Shown one piece after another: positions 37,680 through 50,312 of a stretch of 64,000 bases of DNA. Numbering within the stretch: position 1 is the first letter of the stretch; each line of letters opens with the position of its first letter. Location: positions 902,143 through 966,142 of the forward strand of contig OZ316891.1 of the NCBI GenBank assembly GCA_973895155.1. Direction: 5' to 3'. Origin of the DNA: Marsupella aquatica. Lineage: Eukaryota > Plantae > Marchantiophyta. Both the position numbers and the translations under genes were made by a program. A model generated the notes under the pieces. It saw nothing but the letters and a program-made list of their open reading frames with translations. It was not told where the DNA came from and ran no database searches.

Positions 37680-38754
37680 ATGGCTGCCAAGACGGTGAAA
37701 ATACTGAAAGCGGTCAAGAAACGGAAAACAGAAGGCGAGACGACGGATACCTCACTTGTGGAGAACGAGATTGACCCACCCGCAGCAAGGCGCAGGATAG
37801 GTACAGCCCAGGTTGGACCTGAGATGACCAACGCAGCTCAAGCTGATGCGGGAAAGGGTACGAATACTACTGGCCCGGCCACCTGCGACTAAAGAAGTAA
37901 GGAGTGTGGTGATTTCACTGCCAGACCCGTCTTGTGTTAGCTATGAGGAGGACCAGGGTCAAAATGCAAATGCAAGCGGAATCAAGCTCAACAAATTCAG
38001 AAAAGAGATGGAGAGTCTTCGATTCAAACTTCCAAGAAAGAACAGTACGTAGCACTAAACGCAGATATACTGGAGAAACTACACACAAGGGAGTTGATAT
38101 TGTACATTCGTTGCAAAGTGAGCTCGATGCTACACGGGTTGCTATGCGGGTCGCGCAGGCTGCTAGTGTTACTACACTGGTCAAAGTGGAAAACGAATTA
38201 GTTTCCGTTAAAGACGAATTGCTTGCCGCACAGGTTGAATTGAACAATCATCGAGTTCGGGAAAAATGGAGCACGGAAGTGATATCACGTTCGAGAAAGG
38301 CCTGTTTTGAAATAGAATGTCGGAAAGTGAAGACGGAGCGCGATCTCAGTGTCATGCGCGCGGAATTGGAAAATGTCAGCAAATCTGAGCAGACGCACGC
38401 CAGAGACTTGGAACAAGCTAAGTGCGCCTTTGAGACAGTCAGGCAAATCTTGCTAGAGGATGTAACCGAGGCGGTAAAGAAGACAATTGGTCTGGAAGAG
38501 AAGATCATTTCCATGGAAGCGGAACAGAATCGTCTTCAAGCTTCTCTGGAAACAAGCTTGAAAGATCTCGAGCAAGAAAGAGAGAAGACCGTGTGCCAGA
38601 TATGTATGGAAAGACGCAAAGATACCGTCTGTTTCCCGCGTCTACACATGCAGTTTTGCTTTCCTGCTTGGAGAAACATAGAACAAATGCTAAAAATAAT
38701 ACTTGTCCTGTATGCCGAGCCACGATTACTGATTTCAAACTCGTTCACTGCTAG
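37680..38754 (+). pseudogene. Coiled-coil plus C-terminal C3HC4 RING (E3-ligase-like) pseudogene
   Basis: Long heptad region, then CQICMERRKDTVCFP(R)LHMQFC. Restoring one base at ~38661 gives FSCLEKH...CPVCRATITDFKLVHC*. One Zn-ligand Cys is mutated to Arg and upstream frames are broken. Confidence 0.75.
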
Positions 38755-41046
38755 GAAATCTTTGACTGAAAGGATATGTACACCTCGTGAAGTTGCACAG
38801 GCACAATAGATGTTCAGGAAGTGCGATGGCCAATATGTTACAATTGTGGATAAGATGTTGGTCGCATTGTCCTGTTCTGCCGACAATTTCAGTCACAGCT
38901 TTTGCTTTTTGGATTGGAAGAGTTACAGAGTGGATTATTGTATTAATTGTGATTCCGCAATATGCTACAATTGTGTAGAAGGTGGTCCGTGGCATTTTGT
39001 ACTGTTCTGTCGAAAAATTTAGTTTATTAGCGAATTGATAGTTTACAGACTTTACCATCACTGCTTTTGCTCTCTGGATTGAAGGAGTTCTTTCCCAGCA
39101 AATTTAGGATATTTGATTGTCAATGATCCAACTGTCTATTGGGAATATACATATAGTCGTTTTTAAATGGCCCTTCGATTTTGCAAAGAAACTAACCCGA
39201 CTCGAAGCGGCAGAGTCATCTACGAGGTAAAATTAATCCATTGTATAGATGCTAGCCAATTCTTCAGTATGGTGCTGGAAGAAACCCGGCGAGAAGCAGC
39301 ACTTTATCTACGAGGTAAGGCGAAAGTGTTATGCATATGCTGGCCATTTCTTCACTGTGGTACTTGTTTGAAGTCTTTCATCTTAATGCTATGCGTAGTA
39401 GAACATGTCTTACTGCTAGAATTAAGCTGTTGCTCGTGCTTAGCTGACATTGTTCACCCGTGCGAGCTAGCAATGTTCTCGTAGAAGGTCTGGTCTGAAA
39501 GTACCGCGCTAAAAATCCCATGACTAAGCAGTTAGGAACTCCGAGCAAATCGCGGTTGCAGCCAACGTCCGCTTGTACGAAGTGAATACTTTACGGAACA
39601 GAGATTGCCGTAATTGTTCGTTGAATTTGATTTTCACGACGTAGAGAGAGAGCGAAGCATTGGCTACAATGCCAGCAAATTTTGAGGTGATGGGTCTTGA
39701 ATAATTGGCTCGAAGGTTGCTATTGACAACCTGCTCCGTATGCACTTCTCTTGATCATGATGTCCATCGATCGATCATCTGCGAGGTCTAAATATCGGCG
39801 CCCATTTAAGAGATCGATCGTGACTTCGAGGTAATTAAATTTAAGTTTCGGTCAAGACGTTTGGGACTTAGAAGATACCTGTTGTAGGCAGGAGAACAGT
39901 TTCCAGGTCTAGTCACAGGGTTTCGAAATCCTTTTGCATTATCTCGAAGAAACACAACGGGGACTGGTAATCTGCTTTTTGTGCTTGAGATCGAGTCCAA
40001 TTAAGACAATCCAGGCGAGATCCCAGTACTGATTTGAGGCCCGTTTTTGGTTGCAGAGTTTGACCTCGAATTGGGTGACGGTATTGTATATTACCAGAGA
40101 TGACATAGGGGAGGCCTGATCGAGAATTTTCAGTCAGGATAGAAGTGAAGATTTGGACAGGTTGGTATGGGTTGTCGTTTAATGATGGAAACATGCAGGG
40201 GATTAACCGATAAACTTAAAAGTTAACATACCAAATCCCACCCTCTTGGGAGTGTGCTACAACTTTCACTTGAGAGTCTTCCTCTGCATATACATGATTC
40301 TATGTCTGGCAGATACGGATTATTTTCAGCGACGTTGTGCGAGTTCGATGAATAGCAGTGAGAGCAACAAAGCGTTGGAAAGCTGCAGTAGTAGCCAGCT
40401 GATCGATCAGTTGGAGGCCTGGAGCAATCCCCACAACCCTAACTAAACGATAGCAAAATGTCCCATATATGCAACTGTCTACGATTTTATCAGTTCTGTG
40501 GATTGTAACACCAGACACCGCGTACCGCACAGTTACCTCGCAGCTTTGAATGTTCAACAAGTGCATCACCCAGATTGAAGTTGACTCTCTCGCGACCAAA
40601 TTTGATTCATAGACTTTTAGAAATCCACCTTTATTAATAGAACGAACGGATGCATCCACGTGGGAATCCGAAGTTGCTTTTCACATTTCAAGCAAAGACC
40701 AGGCGGCTGGGGGAGGTAATCCAAGAAGTTCAGATCCAGTAAATCATCAAAACGTCTACGTAGAAACCGAAGAAACCATAGACCCACAGTCACTTCTGCT
40801 CTTATTCTACGTCCAGGGACTACGTAACGTACTCTGAGAGTCTACGATGCATATACCGGCTCATAGCTAGTGTCCAACCTTTGATTCCATGGCCGAAATT
40901 CCATTGATCCAGTGGTTTCATCAGAATCCGGCAGTGATTTCAGTGATTTCACAGTGCCGTCTGGAGGCCTCCGACGAAATTCCAACCAATACTGTTCACC
41001 TGACCTGACTCAATGAGAAATTCCACATATGGTTTTCAGGTCGAAC

Positions 41047-44000
41047 CTAAACTGTCTGCCGTAGGACTTGTTTGTAATCTTCAAAAACAGCCACCCGCTC
41101 GAGCAACCTCAGTCGCTTCTGACGCGTGGAGTCATTCTCCTCCATGAGAGTAACCAGATCCTGCTCCATATTGGCTTTTAACAAGCCACTCCACAGATTC
41201 CTAAGAATCGCAGTTTCCAGCGCGTATCGGAGTTCCATCGGAATCCCGTAGGCCATTCGGTCCTGCACCACCTTGCAGTACGCCGCCAATTTCACTTTCA
41301 TGTGGAAGGCTGAGAGATATTCGTTCGACTTATTCGAAGTCTTCCGAAGAACGAAGGGTTCCTCGAACCCTTCAACCTCGACCCCATCATTATTAGCATT
41401 TTCCGAGTGGAGCTGTGCGAGAGAGTATCTAATCTCGTCAACATTGGCGATGTAGTCATCACTCGTTGTGAAAACATTTGATCTTTCTTTGTCGAGGACG
41501 TGCTGAACAAAAATTGCACACTTTCCTTGGCATCGTGCAAGAACGTTCTCTGCCTCCTGCAAATCGAGACGTAACAAAAAATAAGATACGTGAAAGTAAT
41601 AATTAATATGATTTCTATATGATTGTCTTCACCCTAAAATCAGTCTCACACAGGTAGCAATTTGTAAATCGAATGACTCACTGCTTTATAAGCCGCGTTC
41701 AAGTTCGGGAATCCGTTGGTGGAGCTGTCAATGATGTCCAATACAAACTTCCGAGCGTAATGATGTGTCTGGAGCACCAGATCGGTGCACACTTCAGAGA
41801 CCTTGTCAACCACCTCGCTGACAAGTGTCGTCATCAGCGTGGGGGACAAAGTATTTGGTAGCGTCAATCCTCGCAGCTCAGACATCCGCAGCAAGATTTC
41901 CTCCGTTTTGGTCTCAGGCAGAATTTCTTTCATGATGGTTTCATGAAGGTTGTCACTAAACTTTTGGAACATTTCATCTAGCCTTGCAGGGTAGTGCAAG
42001 TCTTCGCGGTCTGCTAAGTTGCGAAAGTTTCTATTCACCATCACATCCTGCAATAGGCTTTTGTTCTGGTTACCGATGTTCGAAAACACATTTGTCGGGT
42101 CTTCGTCGCCTAGCACGCCCAGTGGAAGAGCTTCTAGTTCCCTCTGCCTATCTAGCAACACCTTGTCAACCTGCTCGCGAGTCCCTGGAAATAAACAACA
42201 TCCAGCCAACGAGATCTTCAGCCAGAGTACATATACCTTCGATTCGTGTGTGCTGGGCCAGTTGCAAAAGGGTTACGCTAGGCTCTCGAAAACATAACCT
42301 TTAAACTCTCAGTTTCTCATAACTAAGCGTGTGTCTAGATTTGTTTCCCCATCTACTCTCCATCCACATGCCTCGACGAAGTGCGTGTTCCAATGGCTCA
42401 TACGTTTCATAACTGAGCGCAGACTTCCTTACCCGGTAGGTTCTGGCGAATGATGTTCGCTTGGATTCGAGTCAGGTGTTCTGCCAACGCTGGGACCCCT
42501 ACGAATTTCTTTGCCAGCTTCGAGAGTGCAGGATGTGTGTCAAAGAGTCTTCTCTCTTGCTCACGTGCCACCTCATGAGAACTATCATCGTCTGTTTTGT
42601 TCCTGCAGCGCAAAAACAGCTCGATTCATATACACTTGCATTAATGTGCCGATTGATCATCTCAATTCAATTCCACAGATTCTACGACCCCTCTGCGCCT
42701 CCATAATTTTAGACCCGTCGATACTTTACGCCCCCCCATCATACAGTCTATATCAATTTTATGTTTGATTGCAACCGACGTAATTATATAGAAACATTTT
42801 ACATGTTGGCTGACTTCGGATTATCCATCCCTTTATAAGTACCCTGATAAGTACTTTTCACGAATTTGGATTACCAACAAGTTTATTGTATGGTCAGTCG
42901 ATATGCCCTGTAACTCTACAAACTGAAGGAGAGTGGAATGCTGGCACCCTATTTTCCACCGGGGCACAATCATTGAAAGAGGATAAAGCTAATTCAAAGT
43001 TTTGGCATCGTTCTTTGAACTAATTACTGACCCGAAACAAACATTCGAGCAGAAAACCTTACCGGACACAAATATACCCTATCTGACCAATGTTGACATC
43101 GTCAGCCGTCACTTTCTCGTAAACGTCGTCGGGGGCTCGATCCACTTTCGTCACCACAGTCAACGTTCTCACACCTTTCTTATCCTCTTCTCGGGACATG
43201 TTGATGGATTCGCACGTGGAGAAGTTCACAGTTCCGGATAAGACATTTAGTATTACCGTGTCCTTTTTTCTGAGATAGGTTTGAATCATCGTTTTGATCT
43301 GCTCGTAGATATCAGCTCGCTGGCCGTGGACAGGTACTGTTGTGATGCCTGCATTTTATCATGAGACGTGAACGTTAGTTCAACTTCGCAATACAACTTC
43401 TCTTAGCCATGCAATGCAATTGCCCTAGTCAAATTCTGGTAATGAAACTAGGTTTGAACATTGCGCCATCCAACATTATATTATCAGAAGGAAGCTGAGA
43501 TTTGTGGGTGCATAGACGGAAACAAAACATAGCCTGATGTATGTATCGTAAAACTCTACTCATGAGACATTATCGAACAAATAAACTGAGTGGTGCTGGT
43601 CATCGGCGACAAGAAACCCCTGCAGTTCATGGAGTTCTAGGAATGAAGTTGAAAGCGTATTTTCAGAGAGCCATAATTGTCCACCATCTCGCAGCTTACA
43701 TATAAAGTGAACCAGTAGAATGCATTCAAACTTAAAATGCATGATTCAGATACTACTTTATTGGACCTGGAAGATCAATGATCGTCAGATCTGGCGCGTC
43801 GGGCCTCCGTATGTGCAGCGAAACATTTCCTTCCGTGATGACACCTTTTCCAGCCCCCGCCAGGATACAGGTCGCTGCATCGACCTCCAACTTGATCTCA
43901 TCTTCTCTGATGGCTTTAGTCTGACCATCATACGAAATGGTAGTCTCATCTGAATCACGACATCTCTCCAATCGAACGACAAGGGGAACTCGGGTAGTGA

Positions 44001-44193
44001 TGCCCTGTCCCCGGGGTAAGTTGATGGTAGCAAGCGACTCCAGAACAGAAGACTTGCCACTGGACTGATCCCCGACTATCACTATAGTGGGCAGAGAAAT
44101 GCCTTCGTTGGTCACCTTCAGTTTTCGGAGAAAATTCACGACATCCAGAAGAGGGCGGATGTTTTTGTCGAAGTTTCTGCCGAGGTCAGCCAT
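41047..44193 (-). CDS. Mx-like / DRP4 dynamin-related GTPase, copy Mx3, 5 exons, 631 aa
   Basis: Exons 44193-43767, 43348-43063, 42602-42433, 42184-41682, 41556-41047; sum 1896 nt; GT-AG. G1-G4 present, but DLPGITTVP and LSGTVNFS variants. Confidence 0.9.
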
Positions 44194-46315
44194 TTTCTCA
44201 CCACAACAACGAAGCACCTAGGTTCCGCTCGAATTCCACGAACAATGGATCGAGACTGGTCGGAGCTGCTAGAGATATCAACTACCGACGGTAAAGCTCA
44301 GCTGCTGAAAGAGCGAGAGTTGGAAGAACTAAGACACCAAACCCGTCGAACTTTATCAACAATATACTCGCCGGGCAAGAATGGCAAGCTTACAGAATGT
44401 CGAACAATGCTCGATGCCGTTAAGTTCACAACCCCTGATGTCTACGTTATCGTCTACTCTGTCACAAGCGAAGGATCTCAGGAAACTTGGACTGTAATGC
44501 GGGTTGTGAGCAGCACCAGGAATGACCGGGCTTATATAGGGACGCTCGTCTGGTCGGTTTGATGTTTAGGTTTGTCACCTGTTCTGTAGTCATTCGCACA
44601 TCTAAATATTAGGGTTTATCACATCGGTCATGTGATTATGATGTTTAGGTTTGCCAGATGTTTTGGAGTGACTCACAACCATCTGTAGTGCCTCATCACA
44701 TGTACAATGTGATTGTCATGTCATGGAGTAACCATCACATCTAACTATCATGGTTGGTATGGTAAAAGCTATGTAGTTAGACCTAAGTTGCCCTTTGTGA
44801 TCTGCACAGTCAATCATCATTTATACCTTTATCAAATCACATATATATGTTATCGATGGCAATAAAACGGGAATAAAAAGGAATAAAAACTTTTATCCGT
44901 CTCAATGGGTCACGAATATTTGTCCATGTAATAGTTATGCATTTTTGTAGAAGGTATGATCTTGCTTTTTTGTATAATTCAAATCTTCCTTTATCGGAAA
45001 GGGATATAAGACGGGGTAAATAAGGGAGAGCCTGGTAAGCTAAATTTAGTTTCCAGTTAGTACATAATGAGGGACCACGGTACCCTCTAACAGACCTATT
45101 CACCTATTTGTTTTTATGAAAGGTAGTCCCTCCATCGATCCAATAATTAGATCAACGGTTCAGGTGACAAATCAATGAAGGCCATACAAACTGGAGCAAG
45201 CTCATGGTCACCATTGCTCTATTATGTACTCTTCAACCAGTTTTAAGATTAAAGGTAGAGCTGACTATGAACTTTATATTTATTTTGGAAAAGAACTGAT
45301 CAAGAGGATAGATCAAGAGATGCAGTCATCTCCTCATCCATCGGTCTGAGTTTCAGTCAGACAGCTGTGGAGCAGAGATTGTGTGAGGAGTCTGTTGCAC
45401 TTGCTCTCTTTGGTCATACTTTCTCCGGAACCATCACCGGTGGTTGCATGGAGTCAAACTTTCAATTCCTTCCAGTAGCTCATCAGTTATGCTTTCAATG
45501 GGTTGAAAGGGGCTATTTCAGGAAGTCCCGGCTTCATTCCTCCTCATTGATCATTGTTGCAACTCACTTCCTACGATTCAATATTCTCTCCGCTTGCCTT
45601 GACTCAGCTTGGCAGTTTGAGCATTCACTATTGTGAGTTCCTTTCCCATATCCTCGCCCTGTTTTGCTCGCTGATAATCAAGTAGAAGTCCAGGGCTCTA
45701 TTTTGCTAGATGCTTGTGATTAGTTACGAACACAGCCAAATTATACTCTAATCGAATTGTTTCGTTTTGTCTCCTCAGCTTTCTCACGATCAATTCAGAA
45801 GCAAAATGACTAATTTTACAGACGAACTTCTTCCAGGGATCGTTGAAGATGCGACGTTGGCCCATATTGCTCCGAAGTTGTCATGGACAGATTTGCATGT
45901 GCTGGCATCGCTGAGTCCAACTTGGCAACAAGCAATTCAGAGCGGAAAGGTCTACGATGACAGAATTCGCTCGGAACAAAAGGAAACGTTTGTCATTGTC
46001 AAACACCGTGATGCTACTTCCGATAAGCCCGCAGTGTCTCTGTATTCCATGAGAACGAAAGCTTTCTATCCACTTCCTCCAATTCCCCCCAGTCTTGGTG
46101 AAAACTCTCAATTCTTCCAATTTCACGCATCAAATGGCACTCTATACATCATGGGGGTAGGTTGTCACTGCAAGTGTTCCGAGTGCACTGTTTGCTTGAC
46201 CAAAGCCGAACCAGCCAGTAGGATATATATGTTGGATGTTGCTGGGATGCGGGAACGGTGGGAAGAGTGTGTTGGAAATGAACCACACTCGAACGAAGAT
46301 GGATACAGCCACAAA

Positions 46316-46386
46316 GGGCCTGTAGCTCAGTGGTAGAGCACTATGATGTACACGGGAGGTCCTAGGTTCAATTCCTAGCCGGTCCA
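46316..46386 (+). ncRNA. tRNA-derived Pol III cassette in TRIM 5' LTR (not a functional tRNA)
   Basis: Acceptor stem GGGCCTG/CCGGTCC-A; D arm GCTC/GAGC with A box TAGCTCAGTGG; T arm CTAGG-TTCAATT-CCTAG with B box GGTTCAATTCC. Anticodon stem does not pair. Confidence 0.85.
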
Positions 46387-46510
46387 TGCTGTTGAAAGTT
46401 CCAACATGGTATCAGAGCCAAAGAAAAGGAGTTTCCCTTGTAGCGAGTGCGGCTCAAGGGTGGGTGTTGGAAATGAACCACACTCGAACGAAGATGGATA
46501 CAGCCACAAA

Positions 46511-46581
46511 GGGCCTGTAGCTCAGTGGTAGAGCACTATGATGTACACGGGAGGTCCTAGGTTCAATTCCTAGCCGGTCCA
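46511..46581 (+). ncRNA. tRNA-derived Pol III cassette in TRIM 3' LTR
   Basis: Identical to 46316-46386. Confidence 0.85.
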
Positions 46582-49500
46582 TGCTGTTGAAAGTTCCAAC
46601 AGAGTGCTCCACAGGTGTTCCACTAAATCGTAAGGGCACAATTGATATGAATTGTGGTTCCATAGTAGTGGACGATGAAACTTTCATGAGGAGTGGGTGC
46701 CGATGCTGTTTCCCCACTTCTTGGTTTGCACTTGATCCAGTGGAAGGTCAATGGGAAATGCTAGAATCAGATTCTGAGCAGCTTACTTTGGACAACCTTC
46801 CGCAAAAGTGGTTTTCGGCTGCAGAAAAACGCTATGACATCGTAGCATGCCGCAACCATCTCGATTTTTATTCCCCGGATCCTATTACAAGACTAGCTAC
46901 GCATATGCACTCTGTCTCAAGCACAATTGAACCTGCAGAAGGAAGCATCTGCTACCCAATCCAGGTTGAACCGTTGTTTATCCTTCCGCTGAACAACGAG
47001 CTTTTAGCAATTGCACGTCAGAGCGACGTCCTCACTGACGGTTATTGCATGATTCAAAGCATAGGGTTTGGATCTGCTGGAAAAGAGATTGCGTGGGAGA
47101 TAGTAACGGACTCTAAATTTCTGCTGGATAGGCGCACTACTTTTGCTATGTGCCCCATTCAGCTTTGAGATCTAGTGGAAATACACTTGGAAATCTTGCA
47201 TGCTGTGCCAAAGGGATAGATTTTGTTCAAGGTCTTGTTGTTTATAAATAAAAGAGCCTTGGTGACCTCTTATACGTGCATAATGCATCATGGAATAGCT
47301 TGAAGTGTTTTGAGGATGTAGTTATAGTAGAATTTATCTATGAGTCAGCCGAGCATATAGAAATGGATATACAAATTAACATTTGCTCTTTGATAAAGCT
47401 CCAGCTAATTTTCAATTTATTTACAGTACTGTCAATTTATTTATGCTAAAGTTTGAATGTGCTCCTTTGTCTTCATTGTTTATGGGATGATATGTGTTTC
47501 TTAATATGCATATGCCATGCCAATGACCTCCAATGAATTTCAGGTCATCAAAGCGTACATCAAAGAATGAAATAAAGGGAATTGCATATATATGACCCAA
47601 CTGGTATTGACATCTAAGGGGCCGATCAATCCAAGCGGGGGCCGTATCACCCGCAATATTGAGAAGCCTTATAGCTCAATCTAAGTCACCTCCTTCGATC
47701 TAAGTCAAGAGCTCAAGGTCGTCCATCCATTCTGGACTTGTTGACTCCTTTCTACAACAAGGGAGGTACGCAGGAGATGCTTCAGCCTGCCTGGAACTCC
47801 AGGAGGAGAGCAGTTAATTTGCATACAGGTGTCCTGGGGTCTGCGATTGGTAGCGGCCTCTGTGTGGCAGCTAGGAGATCGAGTACGTGTCTCGTCCGTT
47901 TTAGGGCCACATATACCACTGCGATGCAAGCTTCTCTTCTTCGAAAACGGGACAAGCAAATACCCTTGATCAGGACTTTTGTTCCGTTTGTTTGCAAAGT
48001 CGACGATTAGTTCTGCTGGTCCGCTTGCCATATGTTCTTCCTCGTCCAGAGCTCTTGATATATTGCTCTGCATTCTGCCATTTTCAGCATCTCCAGCAAA
48101 CTCCACACTTTTTCAAACCTCCTATTCTGCCATTTTCAGCATTCTCCAGCAAACTCCACACACTTTCAAACCTCCTCCCGACATCAACTAAGCCAGCGGA
48201 GATCTTGTTATCGAGAATCAGTTGCAGAAGAAGTTCCTGCAGCTTCCTTTCCGTGACCCATCTGAGCTTTTGGTGCCATGACTCCTGTCTTTCCGGATAG
48301 TTACCAGTTTTGACCCAATGAGTTGCATTTCAATAACAGGGTGATAGTCTAACACACACGAGAATGAATTCAGATCGATGTGATTTGACGACCTCCGGCC
48401 GCTTGAAGCTCTACTCTCTCCCTAGTTTGCCGTTCCAAAGGTCCTGATCATTATTTCAACCAAACGGAACAAAAGTGTTGAACCCCACGGATCCACTACA
48501 GCTGAAGAACGAAGGGAAAGTTGCACCACAGCAAGATCTGAGCTCTAAATCAACGGGACTCAAGGCCGTGTACCCCAGCAATTCTGCCCTGGGCTCACCT
48601 GAGGCGATAATCCAACTGAAGACCCTTCCCCTCCGGCTGCTGGTCAGCCCATTCAAGACAGCAAAATAAACGAGAAAACGTACTACAATGAAAGGTGTCT
48701 TGTCTAAAGTCTATTCGGACCCTGTATATTTAGCAGAAACTGCAAACTCTATTTTCAGAGGGCCAAGGTGAATTCTTGCACACCCCGTGTGGCCATTTAT
48801 TTGGTGTGGTGGATGATGTGGTCTCATAAGAACCATAGGGTCTAACACAATTATGAGACTTATAAGCCATTAGGGTCTTTTTAATCAGTGTTTGGAATAT
48901 TCCAATAATTTTCCAACTTTACAGGAGTCGTAAATTTTTCCCAATTTAAAATATCCTTACAGTCATTTTAAGGGATCCAAGGTCTAAAAACATCGCAGGT
49001 GATGTGGAGGCTCTAGATAGTTGTTAGATATTGCTATAGTCTTGTGACTCTTGTGCTAACCACAGTTAGGCTAACTCGGGTTAGGACCTAGCTAAGGTTA
49101 GCGGTAGTGCTGTTGTGCATATAGCCAGGGCTGATGCCAGACCCTGGTGGAACAAAGGCTCATTGTTATGGAGCTAGTTGAGAGATAGGGAGAGCTTGTG
49201 CTGTGGATGCTTGGTATGGCCGGTCGGCCTAGAGTGCAGTAAAGCTCTTGTGTATTCCCGTGGACGTAGCCTCATGTGGAGGTGAACCACGTATCTCTCT
49301 GTGTCGACTATTGTGCGTTGGATGATTCATGGGCTTGTCGTTGCGAATGTCGTCTATGCTCAACAAGTGGTATCAGAGCATGCCTGGGAGGTGACGAGGT
49401 TTTTTCGTGACGCGTTTTTCCAGCGTTCATTGTCGATGGTACATTCGGAGTTTCGTCGCATGAAACTTGAATGTGTGTGACTGTGCGGATAGGTTAGTGA

Positions 49501-50312
49501 AAGGGCTTTCTAACGGTGGTTAGAACTCGCTGATCGGTATCCGTGGTGCGGAGGAATCAAAGTTTGCGTCGTTCAGGTTTTATTCGTGTTTGACAGTTTT
49601 TTCGGGGGAGAGACCAGAGTTTGTGTTTTCAACAGTGTGAGCAGTGCGGTGCGGGAGGCGTCGCATGTTGTAGCTCAAGTTGAAGGTTGAAGCAAGCTGG
49701 TCGTTTTGGTAGCTGATTTGTTACCAAGTTGTTACCAAGTGTGACGTGACGAGTGACGGAGGCGTTCAGGTTTTTTCACAAGCTATGGAGCTTGTTCTCA
49801 TCTGAACCGGGTTTCTCTTCGTGATGTCCGACTCGGTGGAAGAAACGCGAAGTGCTACGGCTCAACGGTTTGATCGCGGCGAAGCGGTCATTTTGAGTCC
49901 GGGATTGGCACTTGACGCGGAGTGAGTGTGACGCACCGGAATTTTTTTTTCTCTGCTGGAGCTGCAGACTATGCTGGTGCAATTCGGCAACATTTCCTAT
50001 TGGCGGCGTTCACTTTACTCGTGAGAAGCAGCGGCGTTCAAGTATTGGACTCCTAGCTTCGTGGGCTACGCGGCGGTGTTGAGTTTTGAGTTTTATGAGA
50101 AGTTTCGAAAAAAGACGTTTTTTCGTGATTGTTTCATATGAGTGACTAAGAGGATACTGGAAGAATTGGCATCGGTGGAGCTTCACGATCGCGACGGTCA
50201 GACGGAGAGTCTGAGGAGGAGCTGCTATCGTTTGAGGAGGAACTTATAACACTGGTACGATCACCGGTGCGGCGTGCAGTGGAGGAAGCTGTGTTACTAC
50301 CAAAGTTGTCGG

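Larger units (their letters stand above)
46270..46601 (+). mobile_element. TRIM (terminal-repeat retrotransposon in miniature) with tRNA-derived LTR core (Helenus/Cassandra-like), 332 bp
   Basis: Identical 137-bp LTRs (46270-46406, 46465-46601; TGTTGGAA...TTCCAACA); PBS TGGTATCAGAGCC at 46407; PPT AAGGGTGGG; 58-bp internal region; TSD GAGTG; empty site present in the paralog. Confidence 0.95.
45806..47168 (+). pseudogene. F-box/kelch-like gene, left copy, disrupted by TRIM insertion
   Basis: Colinear with the intact copy 58309-59334 except for the 332-bp element plus 5-bp TSD, which introduces a stop at 46334-46336. Confidence 0.9.
41272..48193. repeat. Left arm of a large inverted segmental duplication (partner 56576 to >64000)
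   Basis: Mx3, intergenic DNA, F-box gene and downstream DNA are reverse-complement matches of the right arm. Inner ends ACATCAACTAAGC (48181-48193) / GCTTAGTTGATGT (56576). 14 differences in 285 nt of Mx exon 5 (hand count). Confidence 0.93.

Noticed and set aside
38810-39022. B-box-like CINCDSAICYNC ORF after the RING pseudogene
   Set aside because: Short, incomplete ligand set, and lies in a local direct repeat; probably chance.
39480-40700. Cluster of short ORFs between the RING relic and Mx3
   Set aside because: No motif, no consistent strand or splice structure that I can support.
44245-44562. 105-aa ORF (MDRDWSELLE...) conserved at 60653-60964
   Set aside because: It is antisense to the Mx 5'UTR/TATA region, its conservation is explained by the recent inverted duplication, it is not preserved upstream of Mx1 or Mx2, and it has no recognisable domain.
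46316-46581. Two genuine tRNA genes
   Set aside because: The anticodon stem cannot pair, no T-run terminator follows, and both copies are parts of LTRs, so isotype cannot be assigned.
47705-48106. 133-aa ORF at the inner end of the left arm
   Set aside because: Not preserved as an ORF in the right arm; appears to be a deletion derivative of the decayed coiled-coil/RING relic.
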